A DNA stretch of 64,000 nt. Origin: Heteronotia binoei. Taxonomy: Eukaryota. Both the position numbers and the translations under genes were made by a program. The stretch is taken from assembly GCF_032191835.1 (NCBI RefSeq), contig NC_083223.1, positions 250,170,001-250,234,000 on the forward strand. The letters are read 5' to 3'. Under the pieces are notes generated by a model, which was not told where the DNA came from, did not search any database, and was given only the letters and a program-made list of their open reading frames with translations. Below, piece by piece: positions 11,653 through 24,900 of the stretch. Position 1 is the stretch's first letter. Every line of letters begins with the position of its first letter.

Positions 11653-12639
11653 ATACAGACATAGAAACAAACTTCTATTAAGGAAGCAGGCCATTCCCCC
11701 GCACCCCCCCCCCCAAAAAAAATTGGCAGCCCCAGGCTCAACAACCCAAGACCTCTTTGCCCAGCTCCAAGATGCTTACCATTTTGTCAGCCTGCTGGGT
11801 TGTAGCATCAGCTACTGGACTTCTGGAAAACAGTTAAGTCAAGCACTATGTCCTGTATTTTCCTTCTTGGTTTGAGAACTTTTATCCAACTTCTTTGCAA
11901 TACAAGATGGCTGACAAAGTTCCAACATGCAACAAAGCAACACCGGGCAAAAGAAAAATCACAACCACAAAAATCTAAAGTCAGTAAAAACCTGTGTTAC
12001 TAGACAATTTCCCTTCCACAAAAACAAACTAAAAATATTCAGAATTTCACCTCAGAACACCTCTTAGCCTTAACTCTATAAAAAACAACAGCCTCCATTT
12101 TAGAAATTCACTTAACTCTACTTGGAAGTTGTGAGTTCAGCAGCACAGGTCTCTGGCCCAGCATAGGCAGTCACCACTTGCAATTTCTAAAGGCCCTACA
12201 GGAACAACACAGCCTTAACACAGCCACAAAGGGAGAGAGAACTACATTGCAGTCCACAGCCTGCCTTTACAGCTGCAAGAATGACCACTTCTGGTTTCTG
12301 TGCTGGGAACAGGAAGAGCTGACATCTACTGTGGAGCCCTCAAAAGTTGGCAAAGATCCAGAGTGTGGCCCTCAAGACCAAAAACATGTCAATCTAATCT
12401 CCTTTTTATCATAGCCTTCCTCTGGAGGAACCAGAGACTCTATGTCTGTCTATTGCTTTTAACCTCCTCCTCCTTCTCTTGTGACTTCCTCCTTCCATTT
12501 CCCCTCCTACACAATTTCAGAAACTTTAATGTCTAACCTTATTGGTTTATCCCGGTTCTTTGACTTTACTTTTGGATTTTCCAGAGATTCTGTAAGCCCT
12601 TATTTGGTTTGAATTTAGTTTACAGCCAAAGCTTAACCT

Positions 12640-12858
12640 TAGGGTTGCCAAGTTTGGGTTGGAAACTACGTGGAGACTTTGGGGGTGGATCTGGGATAGG
12701 GTGGGGTTTGGGGAGGGGAGGGGCCTCAGCATGGTACAGTACCATAGAGCCCACCCTTCAAAGCAGCCATTTTCTCCAGGGGAGATGACCTCTGCCAGCT
12801 GGAGATCAGTTGTAACAGTGGGAGATCGCCAGGTCCTACCTGGAGGCTGGCAACCCTA
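12640..12858. mobile_element. Non-autonomous DNA transposon with TAGGGTTGCCA...TGGCAACCCTA termini (PIF/Harbinger-like MITE, family assignment tentative)
   Basis: Terminal inverted repeats. More than 8 related copies or fragments at ~9622-9841, 14936-15140, 20222-20420, 41430-41690, 43020-43615, 48930-49120, 49700-49950 and 50620-50840. Confidence 0.65.
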
Positions 12859-12982
12859 CTAAGCTGGAATGGGGTTGTTTTAATACAGAATTTAACTTGA
12901 ATGATAATTAGGCGGGACTAGTAGACACACATAGACACAACCGGGGCTCAAAATGGCCCCCAAAGCCCGAATAATACATTAA

Positions 12983-13418
12983 AAGGTAAAGGTAGTCCCC
13001 TGTGTAAGCACCAGTCGTTTTCGATTCTGGGGTGACGTTGCATCACAACGTTTTCACAGCAGACTTTTTATGGGGTGGTTTGCCATTGCCTTTCCCAGTC
13101 ATCTACACCAGGGGTGGCCAATGGCAGCTCTCCAGATGTTTTTTTGCCTACAACTCTCATCAGCCTCAGCCAGCATGGCCAATGGCTGGGGCTGATGGGA
13201 GTTGTAGGCAAAAAAAAATCTGGAAATCTACCATTGGCCACCCCTGATCTACACTTTCCCCCCAGCAAGCTGGGTACTCATTTTACCGACCTTAGAAGGA
13301 TGGAGGGCTGAGTCAACCTCAAGCCGGCTATCTGAACCCAGCTTCTGCCGGGATCGAGCACAGGTCGTGAACAGAGCTTAGGACTGCAGTACTGCCCCTC
13401 TACCACAGGGCTCTTTAC
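12983..13418 (-). mobile_element. Full-length Sauria SINE with a 12-bp TSD, interrupted by a hAT MITE
   Basis: TSD ATAATACATTAA at 12971-12982 and 13419-13430. (ACCTTT)n tail and tRNA-like head on the minus strand. Confidence 0.88.
13109..13246. mobile_element. hAT (Charlie-type) MITE, 138 bp
   Basis: TIR CAGGGGTGGCCAA...TTGGCCACCCCTG and a perfect 8-bp TSD ATCTACAC (13101-13108, 13247-13254). Confidence 0.92.
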
Positions 13419-13521
13419 ATAATACATTAACCGATACTAAAACTTTCTTTGCATTATGGAATAATGGAACCAGGTGGATAAACTTGGAAAGCCAGATACT
13501 TGCTTGCAGTTTGTCAGTATG

Positions 13522-13606
13522 GTGCCATCTGAAGCTGAGTTACACCCTTCTAAGTCTGTTTTAAGTCAATGGGCTTTAAAGGCGAGAACTCTGTTTCAGA
13601 TGGCAC
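13522..13606. mobile_element. Small palindromic MITE-like element
   Basis: 12-bp TIR GTGCCATCTGAA...TTCAGATGGCAC. No TSD resolved. Confidence 0.5.
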
Positions 13607-14174
13607 TGTGCAGGCCCTGTTCTTAATGTCATGGGGAGGGACTGCAAATTGGAAAACTGGGCAGCAGCAGCTTGGAACTGGAGAAGTTTATTCATTTACT
13701 TAACTTCATTTATATCTCACTTCCCTCCCAAACAGCAATCTGAAGTGGCTTACATTGTTCTCCTCCTCTCCATTTTATCCTCACAACGATTCTTATTTAT
13801 TTATTGGATTTTTAGTTGCCATTCACCCAAAGGGTCTTGTGGTGACTTACAACATTAAAATCATACACATAAGTCAAAAGCAACATAAAAACAGATGACA
13901 TCAAATATTAACATTAAAATGTTAAACTATTAAAATGTGTGGGTAATGCCATACCATTAATAAGAAAGCAACCCAAATGCATGGATTACCCTCCAAAGGC
14001 CAACCTAAACAATCAGCCTTGTATGCCTTGCAGAAATTAAATAAATCTGGCAGGGAATGGGTGTCATCTAAGAGTGCACTCTACAGGGTAGGGGCCACAA
14101 CTGAGAAGGCCCTTCTCCTGGTGAAAGCTAACCCAGCAATCCTGGGGTCAAGCACCTGAAAGAGTCCCCTAGAG

Positions 14175-14301
14175 CAGGGGTGGCCAACAGTAGCTCTCCA
14201 GATGTTTTTTGCCCATCAGCCCCAGCCAGCATGGCCAATGGCTGGGGCTGATGGGAGTTGTAGGCAAAAAACATCTGGAGAGCTACCGTTGGCCACCCCT
14301 G
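14175..14301. mobile_element. hAT MITE, same family as 13109
   Basis: Same TIRs. 8-bp TSD CCCTAGAG/CCCTAGAT (7/8). Confidence 0.88.
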
Positions 14302-17300
14302 CCCTAGATGGCCAAAGGGAGTAAATTCGGTAAAGTAGATTAGGCTGGGAGTGTGTGACTTACCCAAGGTACCTAGCAAGTTTCTATGGGAGAGTGGGGA
14401 TTTGAACCTGTCTCCCAGATGACAAGCCCCTGTAACCACTACATCATACCGACAATAAGAATCTGTAATGCCAGCAGCCAGATCTTTGAAGCTCTGCAAC
14501 CATTCTTAACCAGGCTTGTTGCCAGTTGTTTGTTTTTTAAAGAGGAAAGGAAAATAGAATTGGGAGCCTGCCTTGGGTTTAGAAACAGGCTTTATTGCTG
14601 GTTTTTCAATGGCTATTTTAATCCTATAGAAATTGCTGTTTACATTTTGGAAGGGAACTGTGTTGGAATGAACCTATTGGTTGCTCCACAGATCACTCGT
14701 CAAGTGTTCCGGAACCCAGAAAATTGCAGGGTTATTCCGTACTCAGAATCAGAGTATCATTTCTCCACTCCCCCGCCCCAAACCGTTCACGATACAAAAG
14801 GCACCAGTAGAAAGCAATGTATGATGATTTAACCATTGGACATTTGGATGGGAAACGCTGCTCCACTTCAGACTTCCAGCACAGAATCACACTTTTAGAA
14901 AACCATCCCCTGGGAGTAGAAAACTAGCCTTATAGTAGGGTTGCCAGCTCCTGGTGGGGAAATACCTGGATATTTTGGGGGTGGAGCAAAGAGGGCAGAG
15001 TTTGGGGAATGAAAGGGGCCTCAGCAGGATACAATGTTATTAAGCCCACCCTCCAAAATGGCCATTTTCTCTAGGTGAACCAATTTCTGTTGCCTGAAGA
15101 CCAGCTGTAATAGGAGATCTCCAGTTGCCACCCAGGGGGTATAACCAGCACTCGCTTTTCTCCCTGATCTACTAGATTTTTACTTCCAGGGAATATTTTC
15201 TTTAAGACCTCCTCATCCCAGTCTTGACGTGATTCAGCACGCTTGATCCCTTCAAGACTATGCCGTCTCATTCTGCTGCCATTGGAAGGCCTCGACCTTC
15301 ATCTTTTTCAGTGGAGGTCAGTTCGCAAAGTCATCAAGGACTGAGTAGTCTAGCAAGGTTATGCGCATGCGTGAACCAGTCATAAAACAAGGACCGAGGC
15401 AGTCTGAAAACCTGGCAGCAATTAATAACCATGTTGTTGGATGGACAACAGAGAGGAAGCCACATTTGTATTCTTCTTTCCCCTATGAGGGCTGCTGTGC
15501 TCTGAACAGTTTGTGTGACATGCAGCAGTGCAACAGGTGGACATGCTCCTGGCGTGGACAAATAGTGCCAGTCACACAGCTTGTGACAAATGTAGCAGCC
15601 TTGCTGAAATAAAGGAGAGGGGGCCCACATCTGTTGACAACAGGGTTCATCCAAGGCCTCCAGTCCTAACTCTGCTCCCACCAGGGGAATACAGTGGATC
15701 CTATTAAGTCCTGGGGTGCCTCTGAGTATGGGGGCTAATGATTCCCCCTTTGCTCCCCTCCAACGTTTTCTATAAAAAGCTTCTTTCCTCCTCTCTCTCT
15801 CTTGCATACTTTTCAGTGAAGCTGTGGGTGGGTCACCATGGCAACAGCTGAGATATTTTCGATGAAGAAGGGGACCTTGCTTGGACAGGTTCCTTACTTT
15901 TATCCTTCCCCCCTTCTTTCCCCAGTGGTGATGGGGGCTGAAATATAACTAGATTTCTAAGCCATAGCAAAATGCGGGCGGTGGGAGGGGGGTGGTAGTT
16001 ATGACCAGGTAAAAATAAGGAATATTGAAAGAGGCTGTCAGTGGGGAGAAAAATATAGCCTCAGAAGTTAAGCTTGTTTATTTCTGAGGAGGGGAAAATG
16101 CTATTCCAGTCTATATGGACTAAAATTCACCTAACAAGCTGTAAGGCCTTGACCGTGCGAAATAACATAGTGCCTCTGGGCGTGGGCAAAGTGCCCTTTT
16201 CACATTGTTCACCCCAGCCAATGACTGTTTGAACGCAATACACAAAGGTTCTTAACTTCAGTGTTCCCAAACAGACTTTGGGCCTCCTAGTGTTTCAATG
16301 GCAGGCTTTTTAAGGTTATGAAGAGATTTTGTTTTGTAGATAAGATTTTGTCCCCCTCTTTTTTTATTCCTCCATTCGGGCATTATGGTGGGGAAAAGAT
16401 TTTGGATGGCCGTGCGATTTCCTCTTAGGATGGGAGGAAACCCCTCTGTGGAAGATGTTGAATAGCACTTCAGGATACAAATCATAGCCAACTATTATGG
16501 GGCTGAGAAAGAATCCTGCTTGTCTAGATTTAGTTGGTCAGTGGCCTAGTTTAATCGGAATATTTTGCATGCAAAAGGCTCAGCCTTGGAGCATGGGCCA
16601 TAACAGCAAAGAAGAGAGTAGATATAAGCATGTGCAGAGTGCCTCCCCCTCACCAATAAAAAACTGACAGCCAGTCTTTACTGACATGCTACCCATCTTG
16701 ATCTTGACTTGAAAGGAAGGACAGAAGGGTTTCCAGAGTAGTAACGGTGACCCTTCCAGGCAGGTTCCAGTCCTGACACATTTTTTTGTAGGAAGTCAGC
16801 CTTCCTTGCAAGGATCCTGGAAGTGCTGTGGCTCCAGTTCAGTCTCTGGCTTCTCCAGTTCAAAAGGATGAAGTGCAATCCCAGGCATCTTTAGCTAAAA
16901 GTATCAGGTAACAGATAATGTTAAAGATCTCTACCTGAGGTCTTGAAGAGTACTGCTGCCAGTCAGAGCAGGCAATTGATAGACCAATGATCTGATAGAC
17001 CAATGATCATGTGTTTGTCCCCCTTCTTTCTGCGGCATGTGGTTTGAGTTAGTTCGAGCCACCCAGGCCCACCTGCAGGCACCCTGTTCCTCTGTTTGTA
17101 ACACATGGGGTCCAGATTGCACCGACAGCCCCATGGCTGAGGTCTTACCCTTGGCCTGCCCTGCTTTGTAGAATGGGTCTGCACTTAGAATGAACGGACC
17201 TTTGGGAATCTTCCAGGACTATTGTTGTTTTGAACTCTGTGTGGGTTACCAGGCCAGGAATTATGAGAGGCAAGCAGACCAATTCAACAAAAAAAGATCT

Positions 17301-17725
17301 CTTGCTAGTATATGTTTGGGGCGGGTAGCTCAAGGTATGAAAGTGACCCCCTCCAGTGGACCCAGATTGCATCTCAAAGCCGTTCTGTGATTCCCTGTTG
17401 GAAACATGATTACAAAACACATTATTTTCTAGGTTTTTAATTCCCCCCCCCCTTCCCAGCTAGGTGGGGAAATATAAATAGCCTGTTCTCCTGGGTTATT
17501 AAAAGCAACAGATTAAAGGCAGTAACAGTGAGGGGGCTTTTTTTATATAACAAGGTTGCAACCTCTGGAATGATTTCCTTTCACCACAAGTACCTCCTCC
17601 ATTGTCCGTCACTGAATGTATTACACCCGCCTCCTAAACTAATACTCACTGCAGTTGCCAGCTGCCTGGTTCAGATACAGCAGCATGGATATGGAGCCTG
17701 TACCTGTCAGAAGGGCCTTTGCCTA

Positions 17726-17969
17726 TTCTCTGATCATTCTGAGATTAAAGGAAAGGAAGACTTAGTAGATGCCTGCTCCAGAATCTGCAGGGCTGAGTTT
17801 GTATGGCTTCTACCATCCCAGGGTACTCTAGAAGCATTTATGGAGAATGAACTTCTCTGATCATTCTGAAATTTAAGGAAAGGAAGACTTAATAGATGCT
17901 TGCTCCAGAATCTGTAGGGCTAGGTTTGTATGGCTTCTACAGTCCCCAGGGTGCTCTAGAAACATTTAT
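17726..17969. repeat. Diverged tandem duplication, period 127 bp
   Basis: ttctctgatcattctga...catttat begins at 17726 and again at 17853, roughly 85% identical by eye. Confidence 0.8.
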
Positions 17970-18769
17970 AGAGGCCTAGGAGAATGCGAGGTGCTCTAGA
18001 AAGCTACAGAAAGGCACTTTCAGCTCCCAATCCTGTATCAAAGGAAAGGCTGATCCATTCCAGCACTGACATTCTACTAAGCTTGAAATCAGAGCTGGAC
18101 AACCTTAAAAATGAAGCTGCCTTCTCATGAGTCAGACCTGTGGTCTATCAGAGTCAGTAATATCTACTTTGGCTGGCCACAACTCTCCAGGGTTTCTTTC
18201 ACATCATCTACTCATCCTCTCAACTGGAGGTACCTGGGCGTGAACCTGGGACCTTCTGCATGCAATGCAGGTGCTCTACTTAATGAGCCACAGCCTTACC
18301 CCAGCAGAACTGAGGCAGGATATGCAATTGCAAGCCCTGTGGCAGATGTTTTTTTGCGTGAGGGAAACAGCACTTGCCACAACTCGCACCACCCTTACAG
18401 CTGACTGAAAATATGGAGTGTGAACGTGGCCATCAGGAGTCCGAAAGCATATGCATCATATAAATCTACTAGTCAGAGCACAGGCAGTGGTGGCAGCTGC
18501 AGATCACTGTTGAGGCCAAGGGTGTAAATTCGCAGCAAACCCAAGTTTGTTGCTGCAAATGGCCCAGTGCCTGGTGGCAAGAGGATTGTTTCCAATCTCT
18601 TCTTTGGGCTGGGGAAGATGAAACTGGGGAGGCGGAGTGTGGGAAGCTGCTCCAGGGTAGGAGAGCAGCACTGCAGAGAGGGAGAGGAGAAAAGGTTGGG
18701 AGGATGCCGGGAGGGCTTGTGCAGCGCAAAAGGAATGAGAGGGGTTTTTTTTTACCGAAGGAGGAAGGT

Positions 18770-19145
18770 GCACATGTAATATCATTATTGCTATGAACAA
18801 CGGCAACAATAATAAAGCTGCATAGCAATTTGGAATAGCCAAGTTGCTGCCATACATTAGAAAGCTGCCTCCATACATTAGGAAGAGTTGTATCAGTGCT
18901 TAGTTCTCATGGCCCTTTCTTACATGCCCAGGGAAATGCTGTTCGCCTCTTTGGGGTCAGGCAGCAATTTTTCTCCAGGCAGTTTTGCCAGGGATCCTGG
19001 AGATGTTTTTCTTTGCCATCTTTTGGGCTTGAAGTAGGGGTCACTGGGTTGTTTTTTTTTGGGGGGGGAGGTACTTGTGAATTTCCTGCCTTGTGCTGAG
19101 GGTTGGACTAGATGGCCCTGGAGGTCCCTTCCAACTCTATGTTTC
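18770..19145 (+). mobile_element. CR1 3' end
   Basis: 3' UTR ending gactagatggccctggaggtcccttccaactctatg. Sister copy at ~58955-59475. Confidence 0.75.
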
Positions 19146-20780
19146 TTTGATTACTAAGTTTCCTCTTGCCCTTCCTCCAAGGAGTCCAGTGTGGTTTACG
19201 AGGTCTCTTCTTCCGCCACTACCACTGAATCCACACCGCAACTTTGTCAAGTAGGCTGGGCTGAGACTAGCAGAAAGCTCCATAGCAGAGTGGGGATGTG
19301 AACCTAAATTTAAGTCCAGTAGCCTATCCACAACACTTCACTCAAAAGGATCCAATCAATAGCCAAACCTAAGGGGACTGGGTTAGTTTCAGGTGGGTAG
19401 CCATGTTGGTCTGCAGAAAAACAATTAACTTTGGGTTCAGCAGCATCTAAGAGACCAACAAGACTCCCAGGGTATACGTTTTCAAAAGCCAACACTTCCT
19501 TTGTCAGATACCTATGGATGGGGGATTCTGAGTCTGGAGGAAGGCAGTTTATCAAAGGCCGCCTTCTGGATTTGTGGCAGAAATAAGATCTGAACCAGGG
19601 GCTCAAGCACTTTCTTTTGTGTAGGGCGGAGTACAGGAGGAGACAGTGTTTCCAGGCAGTTTCCTCTTCCAGGCAATAAGCATCACTGGGCCTCCTTAGC
19701 ATCAGGAAGGCATCAGGTGCCTTCAGTGTTCCCTCTAAGCTGAGTTAATGTGAGCTCATTCACAGTTTTTTAGCCTCTGGCTCAAACATTTCTGTCTTAG
19801 CTCAGAAAGAATGGCCCAGAGCAAATTAATTTAGGCAGTAGCCAAATCGCTCACTCACAGCTTTAATGCCAGTAGTTCACAGAGTAGAATTTTTGCTCCC
19901 AAGGCTCCACAGCTTCTAGGGAGCTTTGCCTGGGACCCATGCCAGCTCTCAGGGCTCCCTTGATGGTGTTCAGTTTGCAATAAAGGCTGTTCAGCTTGCA
20001 AACATGACCCTGGGAGAGAGAGCATGTCATGACCCTGGGGGAAGGAGGGGGACACGTTCACACAATAGCTGCAAAACGTATCTGAAACCCCAGAAAAATA
20101 CTTCCATCACAGTATGTGTTCACATGATCGCAAAGAGACACTTCACGTATATGTGTCTGTGTGGGCAGGCAATATGTTCTGCCTCACACATACAAGCACA
20201 AAAGTGAAGAGGTTAAGAACAAGGTTGCCAACTATTGGTTGGGAAGTTCCTGGATATTTGGAGTGGAGCCTGGTGAAGCCAGGGTTTGGGGAGGGCAGAG
20301 ATGCCAAAGAATTCCCCCTCCAAAGGAGCCTTTTTCTCCAGGGGGACTGATCTCTGTAGTCTGGAGACCAGTTGTAATTCTGGGAGATTGCCAGACCTCA
20401 CTGGAGGTTGGCAACCACAGTTAAGAAGGGCCATTTTTCACTGGTAATGGTACTGACATATTTATTACTGCAAATAACTGTGTTCAGTTAGCTATTAAAT
20501 AGCTGCCATTAGTCACAAGGGGCACTATACATACAAAGCCTGATTAACTATTTTCAGTGCAGAAAATGGAATGTGTGAACACAGTTTGACTTATTTGGTT
20601 TTTCTCTTACATCCAGTATGTAAGGGCAGGGTGGAGTACTGGCAAGGAAGTGGCTAAAGTGTACTTCCCATTTCTGCTTTGATTGCCCCCCTCCCCCATA
20701 AATCAGTATCAGGAAGTGGCAGTTTGCAATCCTCAACAACTGGAGTTTCCAGAATGCAGGCATATGCCAAATCAGTATGA

Positions 20781-20991
20781 AGTGTTCCCTCTAAGCTGAG
20801 TTAGCATGAGCTAGCTCACAGATTTTTAGCCTCCAGATCACAGATTTTTGTCTTAGCTCAGGAAGGATGACCCCAGAGCAAAATAATTTATGTAGTAGCC
20901 CACAACTTTAATGCCAGTAGCTCGCAACTTGAACGCCAGTAGCTCACAAAGTAGAATTTTTGCTCATAAGACTTTGCAGCTTAGAGGGCAC
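20781..20991. mobile_element. hAT-like MITE (CAGTGTTCCCTCTAAGCTG TIR)
   Basis: agtgttccctctaagctg...cagcttagagggcacactg. Near-identical partner at ~19725-19925, remnant at ~63275-63445. Confidence 0.7.
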
Positions 20992-21826
20992 ACTGGTTTG
21001 AACCACAGTTCGGCATGACAGAGGGTCAGGCTGACTTTGCTGAGGCTTCCTGTATTCTCTGGCCTCCGGTACTTGTGTTGTAAAGAATAAGATTGCCTGT
21101 TGATCTGGGAGATGGGGTTTAAATCTCTCTCCCACCATGAACTCACTGGATTGCTTTCAGAAAGCCACTCTCCTTCAGCTGCAGAAGTCATATGGATGGG
21201 CTCACTTGCTTGAGCCACTTAAACTCTATTCAGTCTGCAAGTATCCAAAACTACACTATGCCTTGTGCACTGAGGCCTGGGTTGCCACCAACACTAATAG
21301 TGGGTGAGACTGTTGAATTTGTGGGTATGCATCATTGCAGGGGATTGAAAAGGATGGCTTTTGGGCTAAAACTACCTACTTCTAGTGCAAGGTATACCAT
21401 CATCCCCAACACCACCTTGGGAAGTGCTGGGGAATGGGCCTCAGGAGGTTAGAGTTCTGCTGCACTTCCCAGGTGTAGACAGGAAGGAAAGAATGTACTC
21501 CACCTCCCATTCATTTGCTCCAAGTCACACCCATATGGGTGGGACTTAAGTGCGCAAATGGCAACAGATATATTAGACTCAAGAGAGATGGCAGAACACA
21601 TTGATGCTCCTTGAGTAAGACTACTCTGACTGATGGGTCTTCTGGATGGCACTACAATGCCATGCTTAGTAAAACCCAGCACATATCTGTCCACCTATGC
21701 TGGCACCTGGTATAGCATGATGTGCTCTTTTTGTACACCACACAGTGTCAGAACACATCTCATTACTTTTACAAGTGACAGGATATTGGTATGTCTGTCA
21801 CTTCTGATACAAATAGTTCCTTACGC

Positions 21827-21830
<4 letters not shown>

Positions 21831-21905
<75 letters not shown>
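21831..21905. repeat. (TA)37 microsatellite
   Basis: 75 bp of uninterrupted TA. Confidence 0.97.
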
Positions 21906-21908
<3 letters not shown>

Positions 21909-24900
21909 TCCCTTATTGGGGTAAAAATACAGCCTGAATGTGCCCTCCTCTGCTTTTGCTCTCTTCCCTCACCCTACTGCAGTGTTCAGCTATGAGCGAC
22001 GCTGTTGGCCGCCCCCACACTCTGCAGCAAAGGGACTGTGCATTACAGAAGCTGAATTGCAAAGCAAAGGAGCTCCATCGTGCGCACTCCAGGCTGGCTA
22101 TATTTAGCCACCGGGTTGCTGTTTTTAGCTTCTTGATTCAGAACCCAAATTAGCAGGAAAGAGGTGAAGGGAAAGATGCCCAAGCAGGTTTCTAGACCTG
22201 AGGCGAGGGGAGGGGGAAGACTTTTGGAAGTACTGGCATTATGAGTAGTTCTGCAGTCATCAACCCAGTCCCGCAAGCCCTTCTGCCCTTCTCCTCCCCA
22301 AATCCACAGAGGGAGCTACAAGGGCAATGAATCACTATCACATTGCTTTCTGATTCACTGAAATTTAGGGTAATCTGGAAGCACATCAGACCTCCTGTCT
22401 GCCGCTCTTTTAGACAGACCCTCCTCTTTGCAAAGACTCCCCCTGCCATACTCAAACACACATGCACGCTTTTGAACTACAGAGCAGGGTTTTTTTGTTT
22501 TTTTTTTAAAGGATAGACTCAACCAGTCTTCATTTCAACCAAGGATTAGCCCCATAACCTGCTTGGAACTCAACCCTGGATGAGGTCTGAAACATGTCAA
22601 GTGATAAAGAATCATGCCTCTGATCATGTATCAAGGGTATGTCTTTCCAATCCCACTAAACAAACGCAGACTGGGATTTAAAGGGTGGAGCTTTCTGTTT
22701 CAGACAATATTGTGCCCTGGCTGGCAACTCTCTTGGGTTAGCAGAGAACCACAATGAACTACCAGCTCTCCCTTCCTTTCTGATATTTCAGTTGATAACC
22801 CAGAACTGACTTCAATGGTCAAGATTCCATGTGAGCCCATTCTAAAGGCAATGTGCAGGAAACACAGGTTTAAACAGGAAACAGAAATACCAGTTAAAAA
22901 CAAATAAATGACTGGTGATCAAAACCTCCAATTCTTAACAGCTTTGTTCTGCCACCCAGCACTTTAAAGTCTTGCAAATGTCCTAATTTTGCTTGTTTGG
23001 AGTTTGACAGACCTCCAAAGTAGGGATCCCCAACCTTTTTAAACCTGCAGGCTTTGGAGGATTTTGAGAAGGGGTAGCGCCACTATAAAAAGTCTGCCAA
23101 GAAAACGTCATGTTGTGACATCAGCCCATGTAAGGACTCGGTGCTTGCACAGGGGACTATCTTTACCTTTAGTGCCGCTGTAGGAGCTAAATCAACATGG
23201 TTGCCACAGGAGACAGAGCCAAATGCAATACATCCCTGCTCGCTTTGCAAAAGAATTTAATGGCAACTACAATGAACACATGAAGCTGTCTTATTCAGAG
23301 TCTGGTCATTGGTCTATCAAGGTTAATATTATCTGTACTTTGGTTAGAACCAAAGTCTAGCTCCTAGGAGGGCAGCAAACTTGCAGAAGGAGATGGGGGG
23401 CTTCAACTTCTGAACACTTGTTTATCATAAATGTCTTTGTGCTCCAATGATAGCCCAGGTAAGCCCAGTCTCTTTAGATCTCTGAAGATAAGTGGGGCTG
23501 ACCCGGGCAAAAACTTGGATGGAAGACCTCCAAGGAATATAAAGGCTAGGACAAAGAGGCAGGCAAGCAAGCCACCTCTTTGAAATGTGCAAGCCCCACT
23601 AGGGGTCACCAGAAGTCAGCTATGACTTCCAAGTACACACACAAATATCACCCCCCCCCCTCCTAAAAAGCGCCTTTGCAACAGCCCTGCACACTAAGTT
23701 GACAACACAGCTCCCTCTCTTTTTTGCAAAAGAAAGCTCATGGCTGCAGCTGGTCAGGCCTGAAGGGGGAATGGAACCACACACTGGTTAAGGAGAGCTC
23801 TAGGGACTAACAGGTCCTCTTGATCCTCCAATGGCTGCACCTGCTATTACAGCTCTGTAAGATCCTTTCGTCTGAATGAGGGTAGCCAATCACAAGTCCT
23901 GCCTTACAGTGGTCCCACCCATTTCTGAAAAGCTCAATAAGTGCCAGAGAAATAGTGGAGGCCACCATGGCACTGCATTGGGGAAGACTGGTCTGCAGGT
24001 AGGACAGTCCTTTGCAACAGGCCTCTGGCCATGGCTTTCTTAAAGCTGGTACATGGATGGAAGAGTTAAGGGCATGCCCCTGGCTGACCCTAAAAGCCAC
24101 GATGGATCCCGATGAACAACTTGGTTCCAAAGTATGCTGGGCTACGAAGGGCTGGTGCTCCTACCCTTGTGATCTGACAAAATGCCCTTTGTTGTGACCA
24201 CTGGTGTGGGGACATAGTAAAGCCTTGTGCAATGGAGACTGCAATAGTACATCTCTGAGAGCCCTGCATGCGGGGACACACTGCACCATCCTCTGAGAAA
24301 GGTCATCCCACGTCAGACAAAGAGGGAAGGTTTTGACCCCCCCACACACTAAAAGAGTGCCCCAAGGGCACCACTTTGCTTTGCTCCGTTAGGAGCGTAG
24401 GAAGACATAATTGGGGGGCAGGGGCAGGACTAAACCTGCTCCCGGTCCTTCATGACCATGGTGCCTCTAGCCACTGCGAACACAGTCTGCTCCAATCTCT
24501 GTAGCTCCCAGAGGTGAAAATGGGCAGAGGCAGGCAGTGTAGAAAAATGCCATCAAGGGAGGGAAGAGCAGTAAACAAACAAAAACAAAGAGGTACTGGA
24601 GCTCAGGCTGTGAGCCATCCTTGCCCTCTGGCCTGGAAAAAAAGTCTTGCTCCTTTATTCTAAGAGTATGAGGGCAGTCTTCAGCCATTAAGTGATGAGG
24701 GGAAGGCATTCTCTGTACATCCTCAGAGGCACTTTCCCATACTGTATAATGTTTCTTTCTTAAAATGAGGGCCACAATGCGGGATGGATGGGATATACCA
24801 AAGAAGCACAATTAAAACAGGTAGGGAGTTCTGAGCATAGCAAAACGAGCAAGTTTTGGCACCCATTAGCAGAACAAGCTTGTTATCTGCATCACGCTAT

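Noticed and set aside
15334-15807. 157-aa Cys/His-rich minus-strand ORF
   Set aside because: No recognisable domain or splice context. It abuts repeat-like sequence at 15170-15330 that I could not classify, so it is probably TE-derived.
23596-23609. Forward CTCF-like motif CCACTAGGGGTCAC upstream of NPAS4
   Set aside because: It lies in the tail of a decayed 5S-derived SINE and mismatches a key G, so it is likely a chance match.
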